Assembly: GCA_964016885.1 (NCBI GenBank)
Contig: OZ024755.1
Location: 17,174,001-17,238,000 of the forward strand
Direction of reading: 5' to 3'
Source: Eledone cirrhosa
Lineage: Eukaryota
DNA length: 64,000 bases
Under the pieces are notes generated by a model, which was not told the origin of the DNA, ran no database searches, and worked only from the letters and a program-made list of their open reading frames with translations. Below, one piece after another: positions 14,574 through 25,353 of this stretch. Numbering within the stretch: position 1 is the first letter of the stretch; each line of letters starts with the position of its first letter. A program made the position numbers and the translations under genes.

Positions 14574-14732
14574 ACTAAGAAAGATCTGGAAAGTTGTATG
14601 GATCAATGGGAACTCTTTGATTCCAAGTATGAGCAGTGTTCTGCTGAAGTTAAACAACTTGAAAACAAATTGAAAGGCACAGATCTAAAGAACACTCTGG
14701 AAGATAAAGAAGCACAGTTGAATATTTTAATG
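14574..14732 (+). CDS. Nesprin-like exon 3 (159 nt, phase 0/0)
   Basis: gtttacag|ACTAAG ... TTAATG|gtaatt; TKKDLESCMDQWELFDSKYEQC...EDKEAQLNILM. Confidence 0.92.
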
Positions 14733-15393
14733 GTAATTATTCTTGTTTTTGTTGTTGTTGGTTATTCTTAAGCCAGTTCTGATTGATCAGATCTTTAGTC
14801 AAAGATATACAAACCATGACCAGCCTTCCCTTTTTTTTTCACAGCAATAGTGTACTTCAGACTATATTATCCAATGTATCTCTATTTAAGATGGCAGTTT
14901 GTAGTTTGAGGGAGATCTTGATGTTATTTCTAGCTGATTGAACAATGACAGTGGTTCTGTTGTTGACTTTTTTATTATTTTGAGTTTCTGAAAATATTGA
15001 CTTATCTTTCAACCATCGTACAATATAAACACTGTTTAATTAGCAAAGAAAAAAAAACAGACAACTTTTATAGCAAGACATATTACACGATCTCGTGGGT
15101 TTTATCTCTAGAGACACTTTTAGTATTTTACTCCCCTGGGCTGGAATTACACATTAATTTTTGTAGTTTAAAAAACAAATGTTGAATATTAACTAAAAGA
15201 GATATTTTGACCAAATTTGCTGTATTTACTTTGTTTGGACATTTGCATCACAGACTAAACTAAACATACTAATTCGTATTTAGCATGCAAAGGGAATAGC
15301 AGTAAAAGAGATAGTAAAAGAGATACCAATATATTTTTGGCACTCAAAGAGTTAATGCATTAAGATCTAAAGATAATAAATTTTCTCTTCCAG

Positions 15394-15543
15394 TCTCAAC
15401 TGACAGATGAAACACAACCAGACTCTATGGAAGATCTCTTTGATTTGGCTCAGTCGTTATCGCAAATCACCTCAGATTCCAGTATCATAACTAAAGTGTC
15501 CCAGCTTAAAGCCAGGAAGCAAGTTGTCCTCAGCAACATCAAA
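15394..15543 (+). CDS. Nesprin-like exon 4 (150 nt, phase 0/0)
   Basis: ctcttccag|TCTCAA ... ATCAAA|gtaaga; SQLTDETQPDSMEDLFDLAQSLSQITSDSSIITKVSQLKARKQVVLSNIK. Confidence 0.88.
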
Positions 15544-16171
15544 GTAAGAGAAATTTATTTTTTAACTATCAAAGATGATGATGTTGATTGAACTTATTCA
15601 TATTTAATCATTATCATTATCAACTTCATTTTATGTCCAATTTCCATGCTGATATTTGTCGAAGGAATTGTCAGAGTTTGAGTCGATTCTTATTTGGAAT
15701 TAATGTTATCAAAGACACTCACCCATACCATGTTTTACTTGGTTTCTATTGCTAGATGCCCATCCTAATACCAACAACTTCAAAGAGTGTAGTGATTGCA
15801 TTTTATCATGACATGAGCACTATGGAGGTTGTTAGGCCCATAAAAAAAATAAAAGCATACTCTCAACATTAAATTGTCTCTATTTACTTGCCAGCCAATT
15901 TTCAGAGTGTGATGAGTGCATTTTATTGTGGCACCAGCACTAGGGAAGTTGTCAGGTCCTCTGAAAGATTAGAGTCCTCTAAACCCTACATTGTCTTCAT
16001 TTATTTGCCAGCTATTTTGCAGAGTCTACTGGGTACATTTTATCATGACACCAGCGCTAGTAAAGCTGCCTTGGATGCCACAAGAAATTATTTTATTAAA
16101 TCATTCAGCTGTGCTTCATGTTATAGATGATTAATATAATTCTTCTAAAATGTGTCACTATATAGATAAAG

Positions 16172-16282
16172 ATATTGATTCAAATTAGGTGGCACAGGAC
16201 AAAGACAATGGAAAAACAGACAGTCCCATTTCCTGCTGTCCATCTTTCCATTGTTTTATCCTTTGTCTTTGACCTTTGCGCC
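16172..16282. mobile_element. Small degenerate inverted-repeat element (MITE-like)
   Basis: ATTCAAATTAGGTGGCACAGGACAAAGACA versus TGTCTTTGACCTTTGCGCCCCTTAATTTGGAT. Confidence 0.55.
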
Positions 16283-16396
16283 CCTTAATTTGGATTCATA
16301 TTCTAAAGACTTAGTCATGCAGGATTTTTTTGAAATCAATCATATAATAGAGATATAGGTATGGATATATGTATATGTATGTGTGTACTTTTTCAG

Positions 16397-16561
16397 GACT
16401 GTTGCCGTAAGTGGAAAACATTTGTGGCCGACCATAAGAAACATGAAATGCATTATGAAGAATGTGTTGCCTGGGCAAAAGGTTTACAAGAGAAAGTTGA
16501 AAAGTGCAAAGACACAAGAGGAAATGAAGCAATGATTCAAGAGAAAATCAAAAGTATCCAG
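16397..16561 (+). CDS. Nesprin-like exon 5 (165 nt, phase 0/0)
   Basis: tttttcag|GACTGT ... ATCCAG|gtataa; DCCRKWKTFVADHKKHEMHYEECVAWAKG...EKIKSIQ. Confidence 0.92.
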
Positions 16562-16714
16562 GTATAATAAAAGCAAATATTTCTGTTTTCCATAAATATA
16601 TTTTATATCTTGTTATATCCTGTTTATTTATGAATTGAGAGGGCATATAGTCTTCAGATTTTCATTTAACAAACAACATGTGTAACCTGAAAACATCTTT
16701 ATTATTATTTGTAT

Positions 16715-17122
16715 TTGTAGAGTTGTTAGAGTGTCGGGCAAATGCTTAGCAGTATTTGTTCATTTTTTTACATTCTGAGTTCAAATACCGCTCAGATTAG
16801 CTTTGCCTTTCATCCTTACAGGGTCGATAAAATAAAGTACCAGTAATGCACTGGGGTTGATTTAATACCTTATTTTACTAAAAAATAGAATACAATAAAA
16901 TAAAGTACCAATAAAACACTGGGTCAATTTAAACAACCTCACCTTCCTCAAAATTGTTGGCCTTGTGTCTAAATGAGAAACCATAATACGGCCCTTTCTA
17001 TTCTGAGTTCAATTCCCGCTGAGGTCAACTTTGTCTTTCAACCTTACAGGGTCGATAAAATAAAGTACCAGTAATGCACTGGGTAATTTGCTGGCCTTGT
17101 GCCAAAAGTAGAAACAATTATT
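16715..17122 (+). mobile_element. Cluster of tandem partial family A SINEs just upstream of exon 6
   Basis: AAAATAAAGTACCA occurs three times; two B-box-like and two tail segments. Confidence 0.82.
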
Positions 17123-17168
17123 TTTAATACTGTGAATATTTACTGTCATTCTTTTCTTTATCACTCAG

Positions 17169-17495
17169 GTACTCATGGCTGAAAGAGATGAAGGTCTTCA
17201 TAAACTCCAGGTAGCTATGGAGAGTCTAAAGCTAGTTTTACCAAACACATCAATTTTAGGCTGCCAGAAGCTGCATAAGAACCTGCAATCCTTACAAACT
17301 GAATATGACAATCTCTCATCTGAAATGAGCAACATATGCACCAATCTAGAAGGTTCTCTATCTCACTGGACACTATTCCACAATGAACTTGACCACATGA
17401 AACAGTGGCTTACTGATACTGAAGCACAGCTGGAAACAGAATCTCACTTGCAGACAAGTTTCTCAGAAAAGAAACTTACTCTTGAGCGTGCCATG
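17169..17495 (+). CDS. Nesprin-like exon 6 (327 nt, phase 0/0)
   Basis: cactcag|GTACTC ... GCCATG|gtttgt; VLMAERDEGLHKLQ...PNTSILG...KQWLTDTE...LERAM. Confidence 0.92.
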
Positions 17496-18470
17496 GTTTG
17501 TATCAAACTTTTTCTTCCTCTATTATATTTTGTTGTTTATTTACCTTTATTTTTCTTTCTATTTGTCTGTGTATTTGTTCTATTTTTATACAATATAGTA
17601 TTATATACGTTTATAAATGTTTATATGTATGAATGTGAATGTATGTATATGTGTGTGTGTATTAGCATCTCTACTAATTCAACAAGACAGAAATTGTTGC
17701 TGTTTTTAGAATCATGCATCTCTTGTACTATATATAAAAGAAAGTCACTAATATATACATATGTATGTATGTATGTATGTATATATATATACATACATAA
17801 ACAGACACATATACATATTTATATATACACATACATATATACATGCTAGCGTGGAAGATGGATGTTAAACGATGATGATGATATATATTTACATACATAA
17901 TAAATAAGAGAGATGGTTTTATTCATATATCTTCATTTTATTCGTTATATATATTTCGAAGATGACATATATATATCTATATCAAGTAAGAATATTTTCG
18001 AAACAGCGAGTGGGTTTGAAATTATTAGAAATGTAAGCTATCGCCGTATTTTGACTAAAGAAATTAAAGAAATTATTTAGCCTGATAGTGGGGTTAAGAA
18101 CTCTCTGAGAAATGGAAAAAGATGAGTATTGACGTATATATATATACATACACAGACACATATATTTATATATACACATACATATATACATGCTAGCGTG
18201 GAAGATGGATATTAAACGATGATGATGATATATATTTACATACATAATAAATAAGAGAGATGGTTTTATTCGTATATCTTCATTTTATTTGTTATATATA
18301 TTTCGAAGATGACATATATATATATTGAAGAGTTAAAAAAGATTCAATGATTACATCAAAGAATGAGTTTTATAGTATATTTGGAAGCACTCTACAAGAA
18401 AAATATTTTCCAGAGTTATTAATAATAAAATTCAAATATTAATAAAATAGATGTTCTTGTGATCAATTAA

Positions 18471-18536
18471 ATTTTATTATACATATTTCAGAGGTATGTG
18501 AATCAGGTTCAACAGTACGTCCTCATCAGATAAAAT
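18471..18536 (-). ncRNA. Type I minimal hammerhead ribozyme motif
   Basis: AUUUUAU-CUGAUGA-[GGACGUACUGUUGAA CCUGA UUCACAUACCUCU]-GAAA-UAUGUA-UA-AUAAAAU. Confidence 0.72.
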
Positions 18537-18619
18537 AAAATGATACATGACATACCCTGAGATGTTAGATGGTTAAAATTTAATCATCTAACATCTCAGG
18601 GTATGTCATGTATCATTTT

Positions 18620-18685
18620 ATTTTATCTGATGATGACTTACCGTTGAACCTGATTCACGTACCTCTGAAATATGTATAATAAAAT
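18620..18685 (+). ncRNA. Type I minimal hammerhead motif with a mismatched first pair of stem II (probably impaired)
   Basis: AUUUUAU-CUGAUGA-[UGACUUACCGUUGAA CCUGA UUCACGUACCUCU]-GAAA-UAUGUA-UA-AUAAAAU. Confidence 0.6.
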
Positions 18686-18790
18686 TTAATTGATTATAAG
18701 AACATCTATTTTATTAATATTTGAATTTTAATATATATATACATATATATATAATATATAAGATCAAAAGATGGTTAAAAGAGTTCCATG

Positions 18791-18861
18791 TATTTTATTA
18801 TGCACATTTCAAAAACAAATATCATCATGCGATGACATTTGCGTTTTCATCAGATAAAATA
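18791..18861 (-). ncRNA. Type I minimal hammerhead ribozyme motif
   Basis: Exact reverse complement of 18975-19045. Confidence 0.75.
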
Positions 18862-18974
18862 GGAAGACATGATATGAAGGTTAAAAAACACTTGTGAATA
18901 GTGCAGTTTTAAATCAACATATGTTAAAACTGCACTATTCACAAGTGTTTTTTAACCTTCATATGATGTCTCCC

Positions 18975-19045
18975 TATTTTATCTGATGAAAACGCAAATG
19001 TCATCGCATGATGATATTTGTTTTTGAAATGTGCATAATAAAATA
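18975..19045 (+). ncRNA. Type I minimal hammerhead ribozyme motif, sense to host gene
   Basis: UAUUUUAU-CUGAUGA-[AAACG CAAAUGUCAUC GCAU GAUGAUAUUUG UUUUU]-GAAA-UGUGCA-UA-AUAAAAUA; 8-bp stem I; predicted cut after 19037. Confidence 0.78.
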
Positions 19046-19166
19046 CATGGAACTCTTTTAACCATCTTTTGTTTATATATTATTTATACTCCAGTCCTAC
19101 AAACTATAGAGTGCTACTTATCTGATATCTGCATTGCTTTATTGTACTACAATAAAACTCACCTCC

Positions 19167-19258
<92 letters not shown>

Positions 19259-19751
19259 CATGCTAACACATTGTGTTGTGCATTAAATTAAGTTGCATTA
19301 CAACACAGCATATTGCTTAAGTAATTGAGGGAATTGTAATGGTTGTATTAGTAGTTGATGTAATGAATATTAAAAAGTTTATTTATAGCCTAAGTTAGAT
19401 AAATACCATTCTAGATAGCTTTCTAGGAAAGATATATTTAAATGAGACAGTTAATTGAATTATTGTAAGAATAGAAGATCAGCTTTGAAAACTAAAATAG
19501 AATTTATGTTAAGACTAATGAGCTTATGGTTTATATGTTCTGTTACCTTCATTAAGGTTTCATATACACAACACTAGGACATCTTGTGTGATATTGTAAT
19601 ATATATCTGTACATGTATATATGTATGTGTGTATACATATATATATATATGTATATGTATATATGTACATGTATATATATGTATATATGTACATGTATAT
19701 ATATGTATATATGTATGTATGTATGTATGTATATATATATATGTATGTATG

Positions 19752-19782
<31 letters not shown>

Positions 19783-19887
19783 GTATGTATATGTATGTAT
19801 GTATATATGTATGTATATGTATGTATGTATGTATATATATATATATGTATATATATATATGTATGTATGTATGCATGTATATATATG

Positions 19888-20150
19888 CTACTGGTAACAT
19901 GTATCCCAGTACAACCTGTCCCATGGCCGGGTCGTTGGCGACTAAACTGGCAACCCCACCAAGGATTCTTGGTGAGGAGGGTGACTTTGGACATCCTGCA
20001 GGACTAAAAACAAAACCTGTCAAAGGGCAAAGGAGCTCTTAAGAGTCAATGGCCATCCAAAATCACCGTGAGAGATGACCCCCTTAGCCTTTGTCAAGGC
20101 AGAATTCTAGGAGAAGGAAAACTCTGATATAACACCTGCAACCCTGATGG
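19888..20150 (+). mobile_element. Probable 5' UTR fragment of an RTE-type retroposon
   Basis: GC-richer island after a TA tract containing GGAGAAGGAAAACTCTGAT, which I recall from RTE 5' regions; RTE 3' fragments follow. Confidence 0.5.
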
Positions 20151-20249
20151 TATCCAATGATGTTGACTTGTTCTTCTTTTTGGTAAATATCATCTTGGTT
20201 AAGAGAGTGGGACTGGCTTTGTGCAGTGCCTTTGCTCACTATAAAAGCT

Positions 20250-20480
20250 TCACGGCACAGGCATTGCTTTATATCTGGAGACCTCTCTGCACTTGTCGTC
20301 ACATGGAATCATGGGCCCAGCACTGTGTCAATAATTGTCACAAGTGTAGTGTTTGTACCAGAGTTCTCAAGTCGCTGGCTGGACTAAAAAGTCACACTCG
20401 TTCAGCGCATCGGTAGGGGTTCTCCTACATGGATATAAAGTAGTGGCCGTACTCGATAACGAGTTGGCAGCCACCACCAT
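20250..20480 (+). mobile_element. RTE LINE 3' end encoding a C-terminal C2H2 zinc finger
   Basis: HKCSVCTRVLKSLAGLKSHTRSAHR-stop followed by a short-repeat tail. Confidence 0.78.
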
Positions 20481-20574
20481 ATATATATGTATATATATGT
20501 ATGTATATATATATATATGTTTGTATATATATATGTATGTATATATATATATCCACATATATATATATGTAGGG

Positions 20575-20797
20575 GCTCCCAAAGGAGCACTGAGTGCAAT
20601 ATCAACTCTGGATGTCGGCGAGCATGTCCAGCCAACCTCATGGACACACTAGAAGAGGAAGACCAAGGTTAACATATGTTGATGCCCTAAGGACAGACAC
20701 TGGTCTGTTGAAGATGCAGGATATGGCAGCGATAATGAGGGACAGAGACCGCTGGAGAGAACTCGTCCATGGATCTCGGGAATTTTACCCGCCTTAG
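20575..20797 (+). mobile_element. RTE LINE 3' fragment
   Basis: [23 protein letters not shown]...[13 protein letters not shown]. Confidence 0.82.
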
Positions 20798-20848
20798 ATA
20801 GATAGATATATATATATATATATACACATATATATATGTACATATATA

Positions 20849-20881
<33 letters not shown>

Positions 20882-21163
20882 GTGTGCATATATATATGTG
20901 TGTGTTTGTGTATATATATATGTCCACACACATACATACATAGTTATGTTCTTTAACATTTTGAGTTAGCTTTACCTTCCATCCTTACGCCGTTGATAAA
21001 ACAAAGTACCAGTCACGCACTGGGGTCGATTTGATCGACTATCCCCACCCCTTCAAATTGCTGGCCTTGTGCCTATGTAAGAAACCATTATTATATATTT
21101 TTATTCATTATAAAATCAATGAATGATTTCATAATGTTTTTTGTTTGTTTGTTCTTTTGATAG

Positions 21164-21310
21164 CACTTGAAACGGAATATAAGCTCCCAGAAAACTACTG
21201 TTGATAATCTTATGTCAAATAATTCTTATGTCTTGGATGAAAGCCAAGATGTCCGACATCAAACTAATGATATACAGAAAAGATATCAGCACTTGGTGAC
21301 CTCTGTACAG
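21164..21310 (+). CDS. Nesprin-like exon 7 (147 nt, phase 0/0)
   Basis: ttttgatag|CACTTG ... GTACAG|gtaaat; HLKRNISSQKTTVDNL...IQKRYQHLVTSVQ. Confidence 0.9.
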
Positions 21311-21499
21311 GTAAATATCCACAATTTCATTTCTTTTCTTTTGCTTTTCTTTTTACTTTGGTTTCATTCACACATTCGATATCGACTTGCCAGAAATCAA
21401 CTCTGATTCTATTAAAGAAAACCATCCATTTTAAATAGTTCCTATTCAAATTTAAATCTTCTGGCATAATATTTTATGAGAATATTTTGCTAAGTGGTT

Positions 21500-21950
21500 G
21501 TTGCGGTTGTGGTGGTTGTTGTGGTGGTGATGGTGGTGGTTGCAGTGGTGACGGTGGTGTTGTTGCAGTGGTGACGGTGGTGGCTGCAGTGGTTGTGTTG
21601 GTGGTGAGTGTGGTTGTGGTGGTGGTGGAGACGGTGGTGTGGTTGCAGTGGTGACGGTGGTGGCTGCAGTGGTTGTGTTGATGGTGAGTGTGATTGTGGT
21701 GGTTGTTGTGGTGGAGACGGTGGTGTGGTTGCAGTGGTTGTGTTAGTGGTGAGTGTGGTTGTGATTGTGGTGGTTGTTGTGGTGGTGGTGACGGTGGTGA
21801 CGGTGGTGGCTACAGTGGTTGTGTTGGTGGTGAGTGTGGTTGTGATTGTGATGGTTATTGTGGTGGTGGTGACGGTGGTGGTTGCAGTGGTTGTGTTGGT
21901 GGTGAGTGTGGTTGTGGTTGTGGTGGTGGTGGTGGTGGTGTTACAGTTGT
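21500..21950. repeat. Degenerate (GGT/GTT)n trinucleotide tract; similar tracts at 3621-3680, 31590-31910, 54700-54840, 56020-56225
   Basis: Seen directly. Confidence 0.9.
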
Positions 21951-22055
21951 TCTAGTTGTAACTTTCATATAATAAATGTTTTTGTGTGTAAATGTAATGT
22001 GTGTAACCACTCAACTTGTGTTATGATACCAATACCATCTAAATATTGAAATAAT

Positions 22056-22274
22056 TACTGTATATACTCAATATATAAGCTGAGAAATATGTGACCAAAG
22101 ATCAATGGTAAAATAAGTGTGTGTGTGTGGGGTGGGGCTTATATATGCCATCTAAACGTGTTGATTAGCTGCCTCAGTTTATAAATGAGGTTTGAAGTTA
22201 TGCCCATTTCTCAGACATAAAATAGGTGGGGCTGGCTTATATTCAGATCAGCTTATATTCGAGTATATCCAATA
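22056..22274. mobile_element. TA-flanked Tc1/mariner-pogo-type MITE
   Basis: TIRs TA-CTGTATATACTCAATATATAAGCTGA and TCAGCTTATATTCGAGTATATCCAA-TA. Confidence 0.75.
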
Positions 22275-23138
22275 ATAATTTTAGTAAATCCCTCGAAATT
22301 AACTGAAAGACAATGTATTCAATAAAAATTAAGGTCTTGAAAAGGTTAATCATTGCTTAACTTAATATGTTGTTTAGCCCCAGGCTAAGCCTAATCTAAG
22401 AGACCTATGATCAAAGACAAAGGTGGTTTGGTATAAAAAAGATTAAGCTGGCGTTTGGAACATAACTTAGGGTTCTTACATAAAATTTCGATTGAAAGTT
22501 TTTTTTAGATAAATATAAACTTTTTAAAACAAAGAATTTGTATCATAGAACCAGAGACTGTTTCAGGGAGTTTGGTATCAAAAGGATTAAGCTGATGTTT
22601 GGAACATAACTTAAGAAAGGTTTTTACATAAAACTATGATGGAAAGTTGTTTTTTTTAGATAAATATAAACATTTTAAAACAGTTTTGTATCAAAGAACC
22701 AAAGAAAGTTTCGAGTAGTTTAGCATCAAAAAGGTTAAACACATCATTTCTCAATATTTCATGTTTTTCCTTTGCATACAGAGCAACAAACAACTAGTAT
22801 GACATTGATTCAGTCAGTTTAGAAGTAAAATCTCTGCATATTTCAGTAAAGAAAACCTATTTAATGACTTCAATCAATGCTTTTATTGATGTTGGCTTCT
22901 TTATGGCCACATTCTATCTTAACAATTCTCTGGCAGGAGTAGCAACAAACAGATAGTATCAATATTGGAAAAACCAATGGAAATATTGTTTCCTTAGACT
23001 GATTTGATGAGTTAGACCCCACTTTGCAAACAAATAAGGTCTGGGATCTTGTTGATTATTTAAAGAAGAAGAAAATTAGTTTTCAAGTGGGTTCAAATCT
23101 GGGTTGTTTTGTAACAATGGTTCTAGAATTTGAATTCC

Positions 23139-23354
23139 TTAACCCTTTAGCATTTACATTACTCTATATTTACTATTGCATTTTCACAGTAAAGGCTTTA
23201 CCTCACATAATATCAAATCTATGAGATTTTGATATTATTTATTTTGAGAACAATACCCTAACATCAGTATGAGTGGCTGGTTACAGCCAGTTTGAATAGA
23301 AAGAGGTGAGAAAATTCTGGACAGATATGGCCAGCTTAAATGTTAAAGGGTTAA
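23139..23354 (+). mobile_element. TTAA-flanked piggyBac-type MITE
   Basis: TTAA-CCCTTTAGCATTTA ... TAAATGTTAAAGGG-TTAA. Confidence 0.82.
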
Positions 23355-23617
23355 TTTGGAAGCCACTGCTTCAGTATCTTTGTATGATATGCAGGAGTGC
23401 CATCATGCTGAAAACCAAACTAAAGATACATAACATTCGCAGAATGTTTAATTAGTGCAAAGAGACATCTGTTAATTCTCTCATAAAAATGTTTATGTTA
23501 GTAGATCAAATAAAGCCATAGTCTGATTTATTATATTGAACTTTGTAATATAATGAGATTATGCTAGAAACTTGTAGCAAACAATTTAAACACATATTGT
23601 CAACAATCAAAGGAAGT

Positions 23618-23665
<48 letters not shown>

Positions 23666-23704
23666 CAGGATGTGAGAAAAACCACAGACCCTCCATCTCA
23701 ACTC

Positions 23705-23744
23705 TACTTTTGAAAAGCAGAAAAACTGCGAAACCGGTAAAGGA
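23705..23744 (+). ncRNA. Minimal type I hammerhead motif with variant core UUGAAAA (U3-A8)
   Basis: CUU-UUGAAAA-GCAG AAAAA CUGC-GAAA-CCGG-UA-AAG; palindromic stem III ACCGGU. Confidence 0.62.
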
Positions 23745-24765
23745 ATCAAATAAATATATATATTTAAAAAAAAAAAGACTCCAGCTGCATTTTCGATTTC
23801 ATCTTTTTTCCTTATACTTTCTCTCGTGTAGGACACCTCGGTTATTTTCATTTTGTAAAAAAACCCTCACTTTCTAATATATATATATGTGTGTATGTAT
23901 ATATCATCATCATCATCATTTTACATCCACTTTTCCCTGCTTGTAAGGGTAGGACGGGAACTGATTCTGGCTTAATTTCTACAGCTGGATGCCCTTCCTA
24001 ACACCAACCTCATTTACAGTGAGTGCTGGGTGATTTTTTTTTGCCGTGTCGCCTACATGACCACTTTGCAGTGGAATGATAGGGGCCCCAGTCCCTATCA
24101 TCTCATTTCTACAGCTGAGTAAACTAGAGCAATGTGAAATAAAGTGTCTTGCTCAAGGAAACAACACATCACCTGGTCTGAGAATATATATATATATATA
24201 TATATATTGTTGTGACCTGTTCTTTCTTTCTCTCCATTTCCTTTGTTGTTATGAACTCTTTCCCTTTCTTTCTTTCTCTCCCTTTCTCTCTCTCTATCAT
24301 TACCTTATAACATTCATATTTCCACACTAGCATGAGTTAGACAAGTGGTCCCTTTGTGAGTCAAGTCAGGTCAGATAACCATGTCTTGCTCATACAGAAC
24401 TAATTTGGGCTTGATTTCTACAGCTGGCTGCCCTTTCTAACGCCAACCACATTTGCAGTGTGTATTGGGTGCTTTTTGTCATTACACACACACATTCCCT
24501 ACTTCTCTACAATACAACACTTTCTGATTTAGACATAAAGCTAACAATTTTGGTGGAGGGCAAAGCTAACCTCGGCAGGATTTGAAGTCAGAACATAAAG
24601 GGCCATAACTATATGCCACAAAGCATATTGTCTGATGCTCTACCGATTCTGTCAATCCACCATCAATCTTTTCACTGGCTGTTGGCAGAGTTTTGAGGTT
24701 TCTCTGAAAACCTACTGGCTTTTTTGTTTTTGCTCTTCCACTCTTTAGTGGCTGATGTAAGTGGT

Positions 24766-24994
24766 TTAACCTTTTAGCATTTAAACTGGCCATATCCGGC
24801 CAGAATTCTCTCAACTCTTTCTGTTCAAACTGGCTGTAACCAGTCGCTCATACTTATGTTAAGGTTTTGTTCTCAAAATAAATAATACCAAACTCTCATA
24901 GATTCGATATCATGTGGGATAATTAAGTGAGATAAAGTGTTTACCGTGAAAATACAATAGTAAATATAGAGTAATGTAAATAATAAAGGGTTAA
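24766..24994 (-). mobile_element. TTAA MITE, same family as 23139-23354, inverted
   Basis: Ends CAATAGTAAATATAGAGTAATGTAAATAATAAAGGG-TTAA, the near reverse complement of the start of the 23139 copy. Confidence 0.82.
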
Positions 24995-25188
24995 TAATAA
25001 ATATTGTTATTGAAATCAGTGAGGATGATGTTTTTGTTGTTCCAATTTCTTTGTCGTTCTTCTAGAATTGCGTATCAGTTTTGTAGTTCTAGTCAGAAAT
25101 TTATATAACATAACAACATTAAATGGCACATTTTTTTTCATCTATTTTCCTCTTTTTAATTTTTCTTATTTATTTTTTTTTCCTATAG

Positions 25189-25353
25189 CAACTTCATGAA
25201 AAGTGTGAACAACGTGTGGTAGAAGCACAGACTTATAGAGATGCTTACGTAGATGCTGCCAACTGGTTGAGTCTTACGCTAGAAACCCTGAATAACAATG
25301 GTGAAATCCAAGGTGATAGAAGTGTGTTGGAGACACAATTACATCACATTAGG
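25189..25353 (+). CDS. Nesprin-like exon 8 (165 nt, phase 0/0)
   Basis: tcctatag|CAACTT ... ATTAGG|gtaatt; QLHEKCEQRVVEAQTYRDAYVDAANWL...GDRSVLETQLHHIR. Confidence 0.92.

Larger units (their letters stand above)
18426..18730. repeat. Near-perfect palindrome 1 (152-bp arms, centre 18578), Penelope pseudo-LTR-like
   Basis: Arms are reverse complements with about 7 mismatches; each carries a hammerhead motif. Confidence 0.95.
18765..19071. repeat. Near-perfect palindrome 2 (148-bp arms, 11-nt spacer), Penelope pseudo-LTR-like
   Basis: Arms are reverse complements with about 2 mismatches; each carries a hammerhead motif. Confidence 0.95.

Noticed and set aside
17496-17849. Hydrophobic ORF extension after exon 6 as a possible transmembrane or KASH end (likewise after exons 7 and 8)
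   Set aside because: T-rich intron read-through past the GT donor; no KASH PPPX terminus; exon lengths match the module only if spliced.
21608-21972. Gly/Cys-rich and poly-Val ORFs resembling metallothionein or keratin-associated proteins
   Set aside because: Degenerate (GGT)n tract open in several frames.
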